A stretch of 64,000 bases of DNA from an uncultured bacterium (GTDB lineage: Bacteria > Bipolaricaulota > Bipolaricaulia > UBA7950 > UBA9294), in the NCBI GenBank assembly GCA_965370555.1, contig CBDUVB010000006.1:2372-66371 (forward strand). The letters are read 5' to 3'. Below, in pieces: positions 45,817 through 55,853 of the stretch (within the stretch, counting starts at the first letter, position 1; each line of letters opens with the position of its first letter). Under the pieces are notes generated by a model, which was given only the letters and a program-made list of their open reading frames with translations, made no database searches and was not told the origin of the DNA. A program made the position numbers and the translations under genes.

Positions 45817-47076
45817 ATGTTAAAGCGGGTACTAACTTTTCTGGTAGTAGTTTCACTGATTAGTGTTGTTGGTCTGTTGGGGGTTTCCCAACAGAAAGTA
45901 ACAATGGCAGTGCTTTGGACCGGCGCTGAACTCGAGGCATTCGAGAAGACGCTGATCCCGTTCGAGCAAGATTCAGGGATCGATGTCGTTGTCGAGAGCG
46001 TGGGCCGAGATTTGCCGGCAGTCCTCGTCACGCGACTGGCGGCCGGGAACCCTCCAGATGTAGCTGGCCTTCCCAATCCCGGCCAGATGAAGGAATTTGC
46101 TGAGCAGGGCGCGCTGGTCGCGCTGGATGATCTCGCGAATCTGGCTGATCAACCGGCAGCATTCGTTGACCTGGGTACGGTGGACGACCACGTCTATGGT
46201 CTGTTTATCGCGGCCGACTTCAAGAGCCTGATTTGGTACAACACCAAACAGTTCGCAGCGCGGGGATATGCAGTGCCGACGAGTTGGCCCGGACTTATCG
46301 ACCTCAGCAATAAGATAGTTGCCGACGGCGGAACGCCTTGGGCGATTGGTCTGGAGAGCGGTGCCGCCAGTGGCTGGACAGGGACGGACTGGATCGAGGA
46401 CATCATGCTTCGAACCGCTGGACCGGATCTCTACGATAAGTGGGTCAATCACGAGATCCCGTGGACCCATCCAGCGGTGAAGAAGGCGTTTGAGTACTTC
46501 GGACAGATCGTAAACGCGCCGGGATACGTCTACGGCGGAGCAACCGGAGCGCTGACAATCTTCTTCGGCGATTCGCCTGCAGCGATGTTCACCGATCCCC
46601 CAGGTGCCTACATGCATCGTCAGGCGTCATTCATCCAGAGCTTCATGCTCGCTGCGAATCCTGATCTAGTGGCGGTGGAGGATTACAACGCATTCGTGTT
46701 CCCGCCTATTTCACCGGTGGTCGGCAATCCGCTTCTGGGATCCGGCGACCTAGTTGGTGTATTCAATGACACCCCGGAGGCGAAGGCTCTGGCCAATTAC
46801 CTTGCGTCTGCAGAGGCACAAGCAATCTTCTGTGGTGAGCTTGGAAAGATCGGAGTCAACAAGAACGTCGATCCATCCATCTACCCAGACCCGATTACTG
46901 CGTGGGCTGCAAGTACGATTGCCGAAGCGGAGACGTTCCGTTTCGACGCGTCGGACCTGATGCCTGCAGCCGTCGGCGCTGGAACGTTCTGGTCGGGAGT
47001 TCTCGATTACATCAGCGGCATTCCGCTTGACACGGTGCTGGAAGCGATCGAGGCAAGCGCCGTCGACGCTTACTAA
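45817..47076 (+). CDS. ABC transporter solute-binding protein (family 1, sugar), second system
   Basis: Signal/anchor (MLKRVLTFLVVVSLISVVGLLG) and an SBP_bac_1 fold. 419 aa. Confidence 0.8.
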   Translation: MLKRVLTFLVVVSLISVVGLLGVSQQKVTMAVLWTGAELEAFEKTLIPFEQDSGIDVVVESVGRDLPAVLVTRLAAGNPPDVAGLPNPGQMKEFAEQGALVALDDLANLADQPAAFVDLGTVDDHVYGLFIAADFKSLIWYNTKQFAARGYAVPTSWPGLIDLSNKIVADGGTPWAIGLESGAASGWTGTDWIEDIMLRTAGPDLYDKWVNHEIPWTHPAVKKAFEYFGQIVNAPGYVYGGATGALTIFFGDSPAAMFTDPPGAYMHRQASFIQSFMLAANPDLVAVEDYNAFVFPPISPVVGNPLLGSGDLVGVFNDTPEAKALANYLASAEAQAIFCGELGKIGVNKNVDPSIYPDPITAWAASTIAEAETFRFDASDLMPAAVGAGTFWSGVLDYISGIPLDTVLEAIEASAVDAY

Positions 47077-47155
47077 GCGTAAACAAGAGACAATCGCCCG
47101 TCTGGGGGCACTTCAGCGTGTCCTCAGACGGCTTCTTTAGAAATACGAGGAGGCC

Positions 47156-48043
47156 TTGCTTTTGCGCACCGGACGGTTGCAACCCTGGTTATTCATCGCT
47201 CCCGCACTTCTTTTGGTCACCTTTTTCCTCGTCTATCCCTCGATCCATACGACGGTCTTATCCTTCTTTGGAAGGCCGTACAGCGCGCGCGCAGAGGGAT
47301 TTATCGGACTTCAGAACTACGAACACTTTTTCACCGATAAGAACATGCTCACCGCCTTTCGCAACAACGCTCTGTGGGTCGTTATCCTTACCACATTTAC
47401 CGTCTCCTTCGGCCTCATCTTTGCCGTCCTCCTCGATCGTGTCCGCTACGAGAAGATCATCAAGTCAATAGTCTTCATCCCAATGGCGATCTCTATGGTC
47501 GGCGCCAGTGTAATCTGGAAGTTTGTTTATGCCTTCAGGCCCGCCGGGGCCGCACAGGTCGGCCTCTTTAACGCAATCGTGACCGCCTTTGGGGGAGAGC
47601 CCCTCGGATGGTTGATCGAACGACCATGGATCAATAATCTGTGTTTGATCCTCGTTGGAATATGGATCTGGACTGGATTCTGCATGGTTATCCTATCAGC
47701 AGCGTACAAGAGCATCCCCAAGGAACTACTGGAGGCAGCACGAATCGACGGAGCTACCGAGTGGCAAGTCTTCTGGAGGGTGATCCTTCCTCTTCTGAAA
47801 CCGACCGTGGCTGTTGTTACCACCACCATGGTGGTCTTCGTCCTCAAGATCTTCGATATCGTCTACGTAATGACAAACGGGAACTTTTCTACCGAAGTCG
47901 TCGCAAATCGCATGTACAAAGAGATGTTCAGCTTCTTCCGCTACGGTCGGGCGAGCGCAATCGCGGTAATCCTGCTGTTACTCATCATCCCGGTAATGTT
48001 GTTTAACATACGGCGGTTCAGGGAACAGGAGGCGATCCGATGA
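47156..48043 (+). CDS. Carbohydrate ABC transporter permease (MalF-type)
   Basis: TM topology and an EAA loop (…LEAARIDGATEWQVFWRVILPLL…). TTG start; an alternative TTG lies at 47162. Confidence 0.8.
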   Translation: MLLRTGRLQPWLFIAPALLLVTFFLVYPSIHTTVLSFFGRPYSARAEGFIGLQNYEHFFTDKNMLTAFRNNALWVVILTTFTVSFGLIFAVLLDRVRYEKIIKSIVFIPMAISMVGASVIWKFVYAFRPAGAAQVGLFNAIVTAFGGEPLGWLIERPWINNLCLILVGIWIWTGFCMVILSAAYKSIPKELLEAARIDGATEWQVFWRVILPLLKPTVAVVTTTMVVFVLKIFDIVYVMTNGNFSTEVVANRMYKEMFSFFRYGRASAIAVILLLLIIPVMLFNIRRFREQEAIR

Positions 48044-48900
48044 TGGAAAGACTGGTGAAGACCCTCTCCCGCGGGCCGCTGCATATCGTGATCATCGTTC
48101 TCGCACTCGCATGGATGCTCCCCACTGCCGGCCTGCTAATCACCTCATTCCGGACACCGCAGGACATCGCTCACTCCGGATGGTGGACCGTTCTTGAGCA
48201 CCCGTTCAACTTCACTCAATACACGCTGCAGAACTACGAGACAGTCATCACGAAAAACGGAATGGGGCAGGCCTTCCTCAACAGCCTCGCAATCAGCATC
48301 CCGGGAACACTTATCCCTGTAATGATTGCCGCCTTCGCAGCATATGCATTCGCCTGGATGAAGTTCCCTGGAAGGCAGACCCTCTTCATCATCGTAGTCG
48401 CACTATTGGTGGTCCCATTACAGATGACTTTCATCCCTATTTTGCGGATTTTCCGGTTGTTACGCCTGGGTGGCACGTTCCCCGGGATCTGGTTAGCTCA
48501 CACCGGGTACGGTCTACCATTCACCGTTTACCTCTTACACAACTTCATCGGAGGATTGCCCAGCGAACTCTTCGACTCTGCGTCCATCGATGGGGCCTCA
48601 CCATTACAAACCTTCTTCCGGCTTGTGTTGCCGCTTTCGGTCCCAGCAATCGCCTCAGTCGTCATCTTCCAGTTTCTGTGGGTGTGGAACGACCTCTTGG
48701 TCTCATTGATGTACTTAGGAGGAACACCGAATGTGGCCCCGGTAACGCTGAAGGTAGCAAACTTGGTCGGCTCACGCGGTCAAGACTGGGAACTCCTCAC
48801 CGCTGCTGCGTTTATATCCATGGCACTGCCACTTGTCGTCTTCTTCTCCCTGCAACGCTACTTCGTACGCGGAATCCTCGCGGGGTCGGTCAAGGGATGA
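48040..48900 (+). CDS. Carbohydrate ABC transporter permease (MalG-type)
   Basis: EAA loop (…FDSASIDGASPLQTFFRLVLPL…). ATGA overlaps with both the upstream and downstream genes. Confidence 0.85.
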   Translation: MMERLVKTLSRGPLHIVIIVLALAWMLPTAGLLITSFRTPQDIAHSGWWTVLEHPFNFTQYTLQNYETVITKNGMGQAFLNSLAISIPGTLIPVMIAAFAAYAFAWMKFPGRQTLFIIVVALLVVPLQMTFIPILRIFRLLRLGGTFPGIWLAHTGYGLPFTVYLLHNFIGGLPSELFDSASIDGASPLQTFFRLVLPLSVPAIASVVIFQFLWVWNDLLVSLMYLGGTPNVAPVTLKVANLVGSRGQDWELLTAAAFISMALPLVVFFSLQRYFVRGILAGSVKG

Positions 48901-50102
48901 ACGTCGTATCACCTGAGCTTCTCCACCATTTGGAAAGGCTACAACAGGAAAGCAAGGCTGGGTTCGATTCACTTCGTATCCGCATCCCTATCGATGGGAA
49001 CTCCCTCTCTCTCTATCACGCGGGAAAGAAGGGCGATAAAGTGCGCTTTGGCCTGTTTGGGCGAGATCTATTAACTACATCTCTGATGGTACAAGAAACA
49101 CAGATGATGCAAGAGACGATCCACTTTGTCTGTGCAACCCTGGGGAGAAAGTTAGATCCAGTGACCGGGGAAGAGCCGGGACGCGGAATCCACGAGTTCT
49201 CCTCTTTTATGATGCGAGGACGTCTCACCCACTACAACGCCGCGGAAGTGAGCCTGCTCCTCCTGATCGTAGCGGCGAAGTACTGGTTGATAACAGCGGA
49301 TGATGCGTTTATACGAGAAGAAGAACAGGGGCTCATCGCGGCGATGACGTATCTTCGCGCCCATATGCACGATGGACTCTTCCTAGAAGACCCACAGCGT
49401 TGCGGTGCGGAGCGTTACGCCCTGCGTGCAACTTACTGGAAGGACTCCACCCTTCCTGGACACACGGACCCGGAGTATCCCGTCGCCTACACACTGGTGC
49501 AGGCAGAAGCCGTCGCTGCGTTGCGGGCAGCGGCCAAACTCGCGGAACCACTAAGCATATCCGATCAAGCCGAGGAATTGCGCATCATGGCAGATAAGGC
49601 GACAGAACACCTATTCACCGATCTCTGGGACGAGGAGGCAAACTATCCGTTGCTCGCCAGAGGTAGAACGGGAAAGATTCATGGAATATCCTCCGATGCA
49701 CTGCACATGCTAGCGTACTTACAGAAAGAAGCTGTCCCCCCCGAAAAAATTGCGGGGATTGTCAAAGGAGCACGTCAGCTTACGACACCGTACGGGTATC
49801 GAACCTACGCACCAGGGCAAATCGACTACTTACCAACTGCCTATCACCTCGGGGCGATCTGGCCATTTGAGCAAGTATTCATTGCGCGAGGCGCCATCGT
49901 GCACGAACTCCCGGAAATCTTCGGAATTGCGTTACGGACAATAGATGCGTTAGAGGAGTTCGGTTTTGCTGAACTCTATTACTGGGATGAGAAGAGCGGT
50001 CTTGGTAAAACCGAGGCGGCCGAGGCCGAGGGGTGTGATCTTCAACTGTGGTCACTCGCCGTGCCTGGAGCGTTTTCGCACCTCTTGACCAATGGGGCAT
50101 GA
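48897..50102 (+). CDS. Glycoside hydrolase with an (alpha/alpha)6-barrel (GDE_C / GH63-like) fold
   Basis: About 400 aa, rich in aromatic/acidic catalytic-pocket-like blocks (…YWKDSTLPGHTDPEYP…, …GAIWPFEQ…, …ELYYWDEKSG…). The start is ATG 48897, overlapping the permease stop. Specific substrate unknown. Confidence 0.5.
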   Translation: MNVVSPELLHHLERLQQESKAGFDSLRIRIPIDGNSLSLYHAGKKGDKVRFGLFGRDLLTTSLMVQETQMMQETIHFVCATLGRKLDPVTGEEPGRGIHEFSSFMMRGRLTHYNAAEVSLLLLIVAAKYWLITADDAFIREEEQGLIAAMTYLRAHMHDGLFLEDPQRCGAERYALRATYWKDSTLPGHTDPEYPVAYTLVQAEAVAALRAAAKLAEPLSISDQAEELRIMADKATEHLFTDLWDEEANYPLLARGRTGKIHGISSDALHMLAYLQKEAVPPEKIAGIVKGARQLTTPYGYRTYAPGQIDYLPTAYHLGAIWPFEQVFIARGAIVHELPEIFGIALRTIDALEEFGFAELYYWDEKSGLGKTEAAEAEGCDLQLWSLAVPGAFSHLLTNGA

Positions 50103-50169
50103 TCGCGGAAGCTATAATCTTCGGAATTCGCACTGAGGGCGCTTGCAAGAAAGAAACAGATAAGAGGAT

Positions 50170-51393
50170 TTGAGCAAGATCACCAACCAAGGAGAGGGAA
50201 TGAGGCTAGAAGACTACATCGAAATCATCGGAGAAGAAACCATTGCCCAGATACATGCAGCGGCCCAGCCATTGAGTGAGCAGAGCGTCCTACATATAAA
50301 CGCCACTTATCACGGGGGCGGTGTAGCGGAGATGCTGCGAACGATCGTTCCATTGATGAACGAGATGGGGTTGGATGCAGACTGGAGCTTGTTGTACGGC
50401 GAACCAGAACTCTTTCGCACGACTAAGAAGATTCACAATGGGATACAGGGCGAAAAGGTGGAATTAACGCAAGAAGAGCTGACAACGTACTTCTCCGTGA
50501 ACGAGATGTTCGCCCGTTATACCCCGATCTTTCACGATGCGGTAATCGTTCATGATCCTCAGCCGCTCCCCATGCTCCAGTACCGAAAGAAAAGCCGCCC
50601 ATGGATCTGGCGTTGCCATATAGACCCCTCCACTCCCAATAAAGAGGTCTGGGAGACCCTGAAGCCTCTCATCGCACGTTATGATGCGATGATTGTCTCC
50701 TCAGAATCGTTCAAGAAACCCGAGCTTTCGATACCTACTTACATCATCCCTCCTGCTATCGATCCGTTCTCCCTGATTAATCAAGACCTCTCACCCGATG
50801 AAGTAAAAGGGAAACTCGCCGAATACGATATTCCACAGGATAAACCGCTCATCGTCCAGGTCTCCCGATTCGATAAGTGGAAGGATCCTCTGGGAGTGAT
50901 CGAAGTCTTCCGGCGGGTACGCAAGGAGACCGATTGCAGACTCGTGATGCTGGGGAACATGGCATCCGACGATCCGGAAGGACCGCAGATCCACGCCGAA
51001 GTCACAGCGCAAGCAGGGAAACTCGATGGGGTACAACTGATTACCCAATCCGACCCGCTTCTAGTAAATGCCCTCCAGCGCAGTGCGGCGGTAGTGGTAC
51101 AGCTCTCCAGGAAGGAGGGGTTTGGATTGACCGTCTCCGAAGCGCTCTGGAAGGGTACCCCAGTCGTGGCGACGAGAGTGGGTGGAATTCCGTTGCAGAT
51201 CGAGGACGGCCGTACCGGGTTCCTGGCCGACTACGCAGATTACGGCACGATCGCCGAGCGGGTACTGCGCATCCTGAACGACCCGGAACTCGGCGACAAG
51301 CTCGGCCGGGAGGGAAAGGAACAAGTGCGAAAGAATTTCTTGATGCCCCGTCTCCTCCAAGATTGGCTGAAGGTCCTCGCGCAGGTGCGATAG
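50170..51393 (+). CDS. Trehalose synthase TreT-like glycosyltransferase (GT4, retaining)
   Basis: …LHINATYHGGGVAEML… N-terminal block and a C-terminal GT4 motif (…RKEGFGLTVSEALWKGTPVV…). About 407 aa, as in archaeal/Thermotoga TreT. Confidence 0.6.
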   Translation: MSKITNQGEGMRLEDYIEIIGEETIAQIHAAAQPLSEQSVLHINATYHGGGVAEMLRTIVPLMNEMGLDADWSLLYGEPELFRTTKKIHNGIQGEKVELTQEELTTYFSVNEMFARYTPIFHDAVIVHDPQPLPMLQYRKKSRPWIWRCHIDPSTPNKEVWETLKPLIARYDAMIVSSESFKKPELSIPTYIIPPAIDPFSLINQDLSPDEVKGKLAEYDIPQDKPLIVQVSRFDKWKDPLGVIEVFRRVRKETDCRLVMLGNMASDDPEGPQIHAEVTAQAGKLDGVQLITQSDPLLVNALQRSAAVVVQLSRKEGFGLTVSEALWKGTPVVATRVGGIPLQIEDGRTGFLADYADYGTIAERVLRILNDPELGDKLGREGKEQVRKNFLMPRLLQDWLKVLAQVR

Positions 51394-51417
51394 GACAGTG
51401 GAAGGAAGAGAGCTATC

Positions 51418-52443
51418 GTGCCAAAGCTGAGACAAGATCTGATGACTGGTCGATGGGCCATAATCGCCCCGGAACGGGGCAAACGACCATCGGACTACCT
51501 GAGTAAGGAAGAGGGGTCCGAGGAGCGGACCCCTGAGAACTGCCCATTTTGCCCTGGCAACGAACACATGACCCCACCCGAGATCTACCGTCTAAACGGA
51601 GAAGACGGACGCTGGCGGGTGCGGGTGGTCCCAAACAAGTTCCCCGCGTTGCAAGATTACCCGCAACTTGACCACGCCACACAAGGCAAAGTCTTCGAAA
51701 GCATGAACGGTGTCGGAGCCCACGAAGTGGTGATCGATTCTCCAGAGCACACAAGGGATATCCCCGACCTCCCGCTCGACCAGATCGAGGCGATCATCGA
51801 CACCCACATCCTGCGGTTAAAAGATCTCATGTCAAATAGCTCCCACCATTACGTCCTCCTGTTCAAGAACCACGGGAAGGCGGCCGGCGCATCGCTTGCT
51901 CACCCGCACTCCCAGATCATCGCTACCCCGCTCGTCCCAAGCGAGGTCCAAGCACGGCTACAGTCATCAAAAGTCCACTACAAAGAGCACAATCGTTGTC
52001 TCCTCTGTGATCTCACTGCAGAGGAACTCCGCGTTGGGGAACGGATCATCGAAGAGGCCAACGGCTATGTGGTAGTCGCCCCATACGCGTCGCGTTTTCC
52101 ATTCGAGATGCGAATCTCGCCCCGGGTTCATGCGCACGATTTCACCACGCTCAGCAAAGATGAGAGACAGGGTTTGGCGCAGCTACTCCAACGAACACTG
52201 GCCCGGTTAAAAGGCCTTCTCAACGATCCACCATACAACATCATCCTACAAACCGCGCCAAACCCCGTCCTAATGGAAGAGCAGTCGTGCGCACAGATTT
52301 CCTTGGCTGATTACTACCACTGGCACATCGAGATCATCCCCCGCTTAACCACGATGGCCGGGTTCGAGTGGGGGAGTGGCGCCTTCATCAACCCTACCCC
52401 TCCCGAGGCGGCAGCCCGTTACCTGCGAGAGATCGAGGTGTGA
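51418..52443 (+). CDS. Galactose-1-phosphate uridylyltransferase-family (GalT-like, HIT superfamily) nucleotidyltransferase
   Basis: …DLMTGRWAIIAPERGKRP…, a CPFCPGNE zinc motif and an HPHSQ (HxHxQ) active-site motif. Confidence 0.8.
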   Translation: MPKLRQDLMTGRWAIIAPERGKRPSDYLSKEEGSEERTPENCPFCPGNEHMTPPEIYRLNGEDGRWRVRVVPNKFPALQDYPQLDHATQGKVFESMNGVGAHEVVIDSPEHTRDIPDLPLDQIEAIIDTHILRLKDLMSNSSHHYVLLFKNHGKAAGASLAHPHSQIIATPLVPSEVQARLQSSKVHYKEHNRCLLCDLTAEELRVGERIIEEANGYVVVAPYASRFPFEMRISPRVHAHDFTTLSKDERQGLAQLLQRTLARLKGLLNDPPYNIILQTAPNPVLMEEQSCAQISLADYYHWHIEIIPRLTTMAGFEWGSGAFINPTPPEAAARYLREIEV

Positions 52444-52541
52444 ACGACAGACAGCCTTCTTAAGGAAGGAGTATCCCGTTCAGCAAAGTTCTCCTTCTCT
52501 CTGTCCATCAAGCTCTGTTCTACAACGATTTCGATGCCTCC

Positions 52542-53681
52542 TCACTCTGGTGGAGTGAGGCATCCCGCAAAGACCTCGAGGAGACGCAGGGTCGAGTGAT
52601 TCGTGGAAAGGTCTTCGGCTGTTTCTAAACTACCTGCCTTGAGACGAGCGTAGAGTGCTTCGTCGTTTACAAGGTCGAGGGCGATCTGCGCGAATCCCTC
52701 TTCATCCTCCGGCGCGAAGAAACCGTTCACCCCATCGCGCACGACATCGAGCACGCCCAACTCCCCAATCGCTACTACCGGTGTTCCCGCAGCCATCGAT
52801 TCCACCAGTACGAGCCCTTGGGTCTCGGTCTTAGAGGCAAAGAGGAAGAGGTTTGCCGCCTTATACAAGTCGATGAGTCGCGGATGATCGAGAAAACCGC
52901 TGAATCGAACCGCTCCGGAGAGGCCGCTTGCCTCCACCTGTTCCTTCAGTTCCTCCCTTATCGGCCCATCTCCAGCCAGGATGAAGATCGCCCTTTCATC
53001 CTCATCATGAATCCTCCCGAAGGCGCGCAACAGGAAGGGGAGGTTCTTCTCCATCGCCAAGCGTCCTGCATAGAGAAAGAGGGGAGCTGTTTCCGGGATC
53101 CACAGTTCCTGGCGCGGATCCCAAACCGGCTCCTGCTGGAAGAGGGATAGCTTCACCCCAAAGGGGAAGACATGGATCGGTCGGTGCACCCCGTAGCTCA
53201 AAAGCTCCTCCTTGATTGAGGTCGACGGCGCGGTGATCACAGTGCAATGGTTACAAAAAGCAGCGATGATCTTCCCGGCCTCCCTCTCCGGAGGGCGCAG
53301 GGGACGCGGGAGATAGTGCCGATCATCCATAAGGTGGGTGTGATAGGTATGAACGTGAGGGGTATGATAGCGTGTCGCTGCACCGACAGCGACAAGTCCC
53401 ATGGAGAACGGCGTATGGCTGTGAAGGATATCCAAATTCTTCAAGCTTCGCATCGCTGCTCGGCTGTAGGGAATCGCAACGCGGCTCGCCTTATGGAAGG
53501 CGAACTTCCCCGCTCGAAAGCGAAAGATACGCTCGTCATCATCGGTCGCTCCCTTGTACGCCGGCGCATAGACATACACCTCATGCCCGAGCCGTTCCAG
53601 ATCCTCCTTCAACCAGTGGACCGTGGTCGTCACGCCGCTGATCTCCGGAAGGTACGCGTCCGAAAAAAGACCTATACGCAT
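52542..53681 (-). CDS. GT4 glycosyltransferase resembling diacylglycerol glucosyltransferases (glycolipid synthase-like)
   Basis: MRIGLFSDAYLPEISGVTT N-terminus, like Acholeplasma MGS-type enzymes. GT-B fold. 379 aa. Confidence 0.65.
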   Translation of the reverse strand: MRIGLFSDAYLPEISGVTTTVHWLKEDLERLGHEVYVYAPAYKGATDDDERIFRFRAGKFAFHKASRVAIPYSRAAMRSLKNLDILHSHTPFSMGLVAVGAATRYHTPHVHTYHTHLMDDRHYLPRPLRPPEREAGKIIAAFCNHCTVITAPSTSIKEELLSYGVHRPIHVFPFGVKLSLFQQEPVWDPRQELWIPETAPLFLYAGRLAMEKNLPFLLRAFGRIHDEDERAIFILAGDGPIREELKEQVEASGLSGAVRFSGFLDHPRLIDLYKAANLFLFASKTETQGLVLVESMAAGTPVVAIGELGVLDVVRDGVNGFFAPEDEEGFAQIALDLVNDEALYARLKAGSLETAEDLSTNHSTLRLLEVFAGCLTPPE

Positions 53682-55198
53682 GATCCTACCTCTCGCTGAT
53701 AGACGATCTTTCCGGCGAGGAAGGTCATCTCCACATGAAGCTCGTTTATCCGCGCCGGGTCCTCGCGCGGGTCCTTATCGAGGACGACAAGGTCGGCGAG
53801 CATCCCCGTCTCGATCCGTCCCTTCTCCTCCTCCTCGAAGGAGAGACGCGCGCCCTCCTCCGTGTAGCAACGTATCCCCTCCTCAAAACTAACCCGCTGG
53901 CTCTTGTGGGGGGCATTAACCGCCCAGTGAAGGCCGTACAAGGGGGATATCGGCATGGAGTCCGAGCCAAAGGCGAGAGGGAGTCCCTTTTCAAGGACGA
54001 GGTGGTGAGGATCGACCATAGAATCGCGCTCCTCACCCAACCTCTCCTGGTACATCTTCCCCTCCCCCGACCAGTTTCCCACGAAGTTCGGCTGCATGGA
54101 GATGTTCAACCTCAACTCCCTGGCACGTTCGATCTGCGTGCGCGTGGGGAGTTCGAAGTGCTCGATGCGATGCCGTAGCTCGCGTGAGGTTCCGACAGTT
54201 GCGTGTGCGTCCAGGACCTGCTCGATCGCCCGACCGCCGATCGCATGGATCACTGTCTGCAGGCCGGTCCGCTCCGCTCGCTCGATGAAAGAAGCGAGAT
54301 CCTGTGTGCGGTAGTTCAACGCACCGTTCTTCCCGGAATCGGTGTACGGCGCATAGAGAGCGGCGTTCCCCGCCCCGATCGACCCGTCGGCGAAGAGCTT
54401 CACCCCCCCGAGCCGCAGCCACTCGTCGCCGAACCCACTCGTCATCCCGAGTGCCTCCAAAGGATCGAGGGCGGGGACCTCCGGGCAGAGGGTGACCCGC
54501 AGCCCGATCTTTCCCCTTTCGCGCATGTACGCGTGAAACCAGTCGAGTGAGAGCATGGTGTGAATCGAGGTGATCCCAAGTCGATGGGCATAGGATACGG
54601 CCGCGTGCAGCGCAGCGCGCAGGGTCTCCTCATCCGGAGAGATGGACCGCAGGAGATCGAATGCGGCCTTCTCCCGCACTAACCCGCATTCCTCATCGAT
54701 CTCACGTCGATCTATCGAAGGAGGGATCCGTTCCAGGGCGACTGTGTTGGCAACGAGGAGATGTCCGTCCAGGCGGATGGCGATGAGCGGACTATCCGGG
54801 GCAAGGCGGTCGAGTTCCTCCCGGCTCAAGAAATGGTGATCATGCCACGTGCTCTCGTCCCAGCCGCGGCCGACGACCCACTCCCCAGCCCCGCGTTCCC
54901 GTACCGCCCCGGCAAGCTGGGCAAAGACCTCTTCTCTCGATAGGCCGGAGAGATCGATGTGAAGGCCGATCCTCGCAAGGCCTGTCTGCAAGAAGTGAGT
55001 GTGCGAATCGATGAACCCCGGAAGGACGGCTTGGCCTGCCAAATCGATGATCCGCGTCGTATCGCAAGAGGAAAAGAGAACCTCCTCCTCGGGCCCAACA
55101 GCAAGGATCCTCCCACGCCCCATGGCGACCGAATCCGCACCCGGAACCGTAGGGAATACACCCTTCGTTAAGATCGTCTCTACCCTACTCGCTGACAT
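53672..55198 (-). CDS. Amidohydrolase-family metal-dependent hydrolase (Amidohydro_3-like)
   Basis: …VLPGFIDSHTHF… HxH metal motif, downstream His/Asp ligands and a TIM-barrel size. The start was moved to ATG 55198. Confidence 0.75.
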   Translation of the reverse strand: MSASRVETILTKGVFPTVPGADSVAMGRGRILAVGPEEEVLFSSCDTTRIIDLAGQAVLPGFIDSHTHFLQTGLARIGLHIDLSGLSREEVFAQLAGAVRERGAGEWVVGRGWDESTWHDHHFLSREELDRLAPDSPLIAIRLDGHLLVANTVALERIPPSIDRREIDEECGLVREKAAFDLLRSISPDEETLRAALHAAVSYAHRLGITSIHTMLSLDWFHAYMRERGKIGLRVTLCPEVPALDPLEALGMTSGFGDEWLRLGGVKLFADGSIGAGNAALYAPYTDSGKNGALNYRTQDLASFIERAERTGLQTVIHAIGGRAIEQVLDAHATVGTSRELRHRIEHFELPTRTQIERARELRLNISMQPNFVGNWSGEGKMYQERLGEERDSMVDPHHLVLEKGLPLAFGSDSMPISPLYGLHWAVNAPHKSQRVSFEEGIRCYTEEGARLSFEEEEKGRIETGMLADLVVLDKDPREDPARINELHVEMTFLAGKIVYQREVGSCV

Positions 55199-55216
55199 CC
55201 TTAACAAGAATCTTAG

Positions 55217-55841
55217 TATGAAACACGATCGAGGACAACACAGAATAGACGAGTTGTCACGCGAAGCGGTGCGCGGTATCGTTACTGAGAAGGAGGTTTC
55301 AATGTCAGAACGTGTCCGAACCGATGACAACCTGAACTGTGAGGTACGTCTGGAGGAGTACTACGACATCAAGCGCTTGATCGATGAGTTTGGCGACGCG
55401 GCCTATCCCGCGGTGCGGCACTACTACAACGCCTGCGGCTTCGAGAGCGGGTACGACCTTCTCCTCTCCCTCATCAGGGAGGGAACGCTCTCTTGCGCCG
55501 CGATCCGCGAGGATCCGACGGAGAGCCTCCTTTCCCTGTTTACGGCCTTCTTTGCCAGGCGCGGAGGGAACCAGCCGATACTCACCCGTGAGGGGGAGAC
55601 CGTCCTTCTTAAGACAGAGAATGCCGTCTTCTGTCCCTCCCCTACTGCACAGCAGAAGAGCGGCGTGCAGCACAGGGATATCTGCGCCATTCATAAACGC
55701 GCGTTTGTGGAAGGGCTAGCCCAGGTGATCGAGGCGTTCGTCCCCGGGGTCCAGGTTCACTATACTAACGCCTCTTCGCGCACCCTCGATCCCCAAGCCG
55801 ATTGCATCGAGGCATTCCACGTCGTCTTCCCATCATGGTAA
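55217..55841 (+). CDS. Hypothetical protein
   Basis: Coding-like ORF of ~208 aa with no recognised motif. Start uncertain (ATG 55217 or 55302). Confidence 0.4.
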
Positions 55842-55853
55842 GAACCGACCGCG

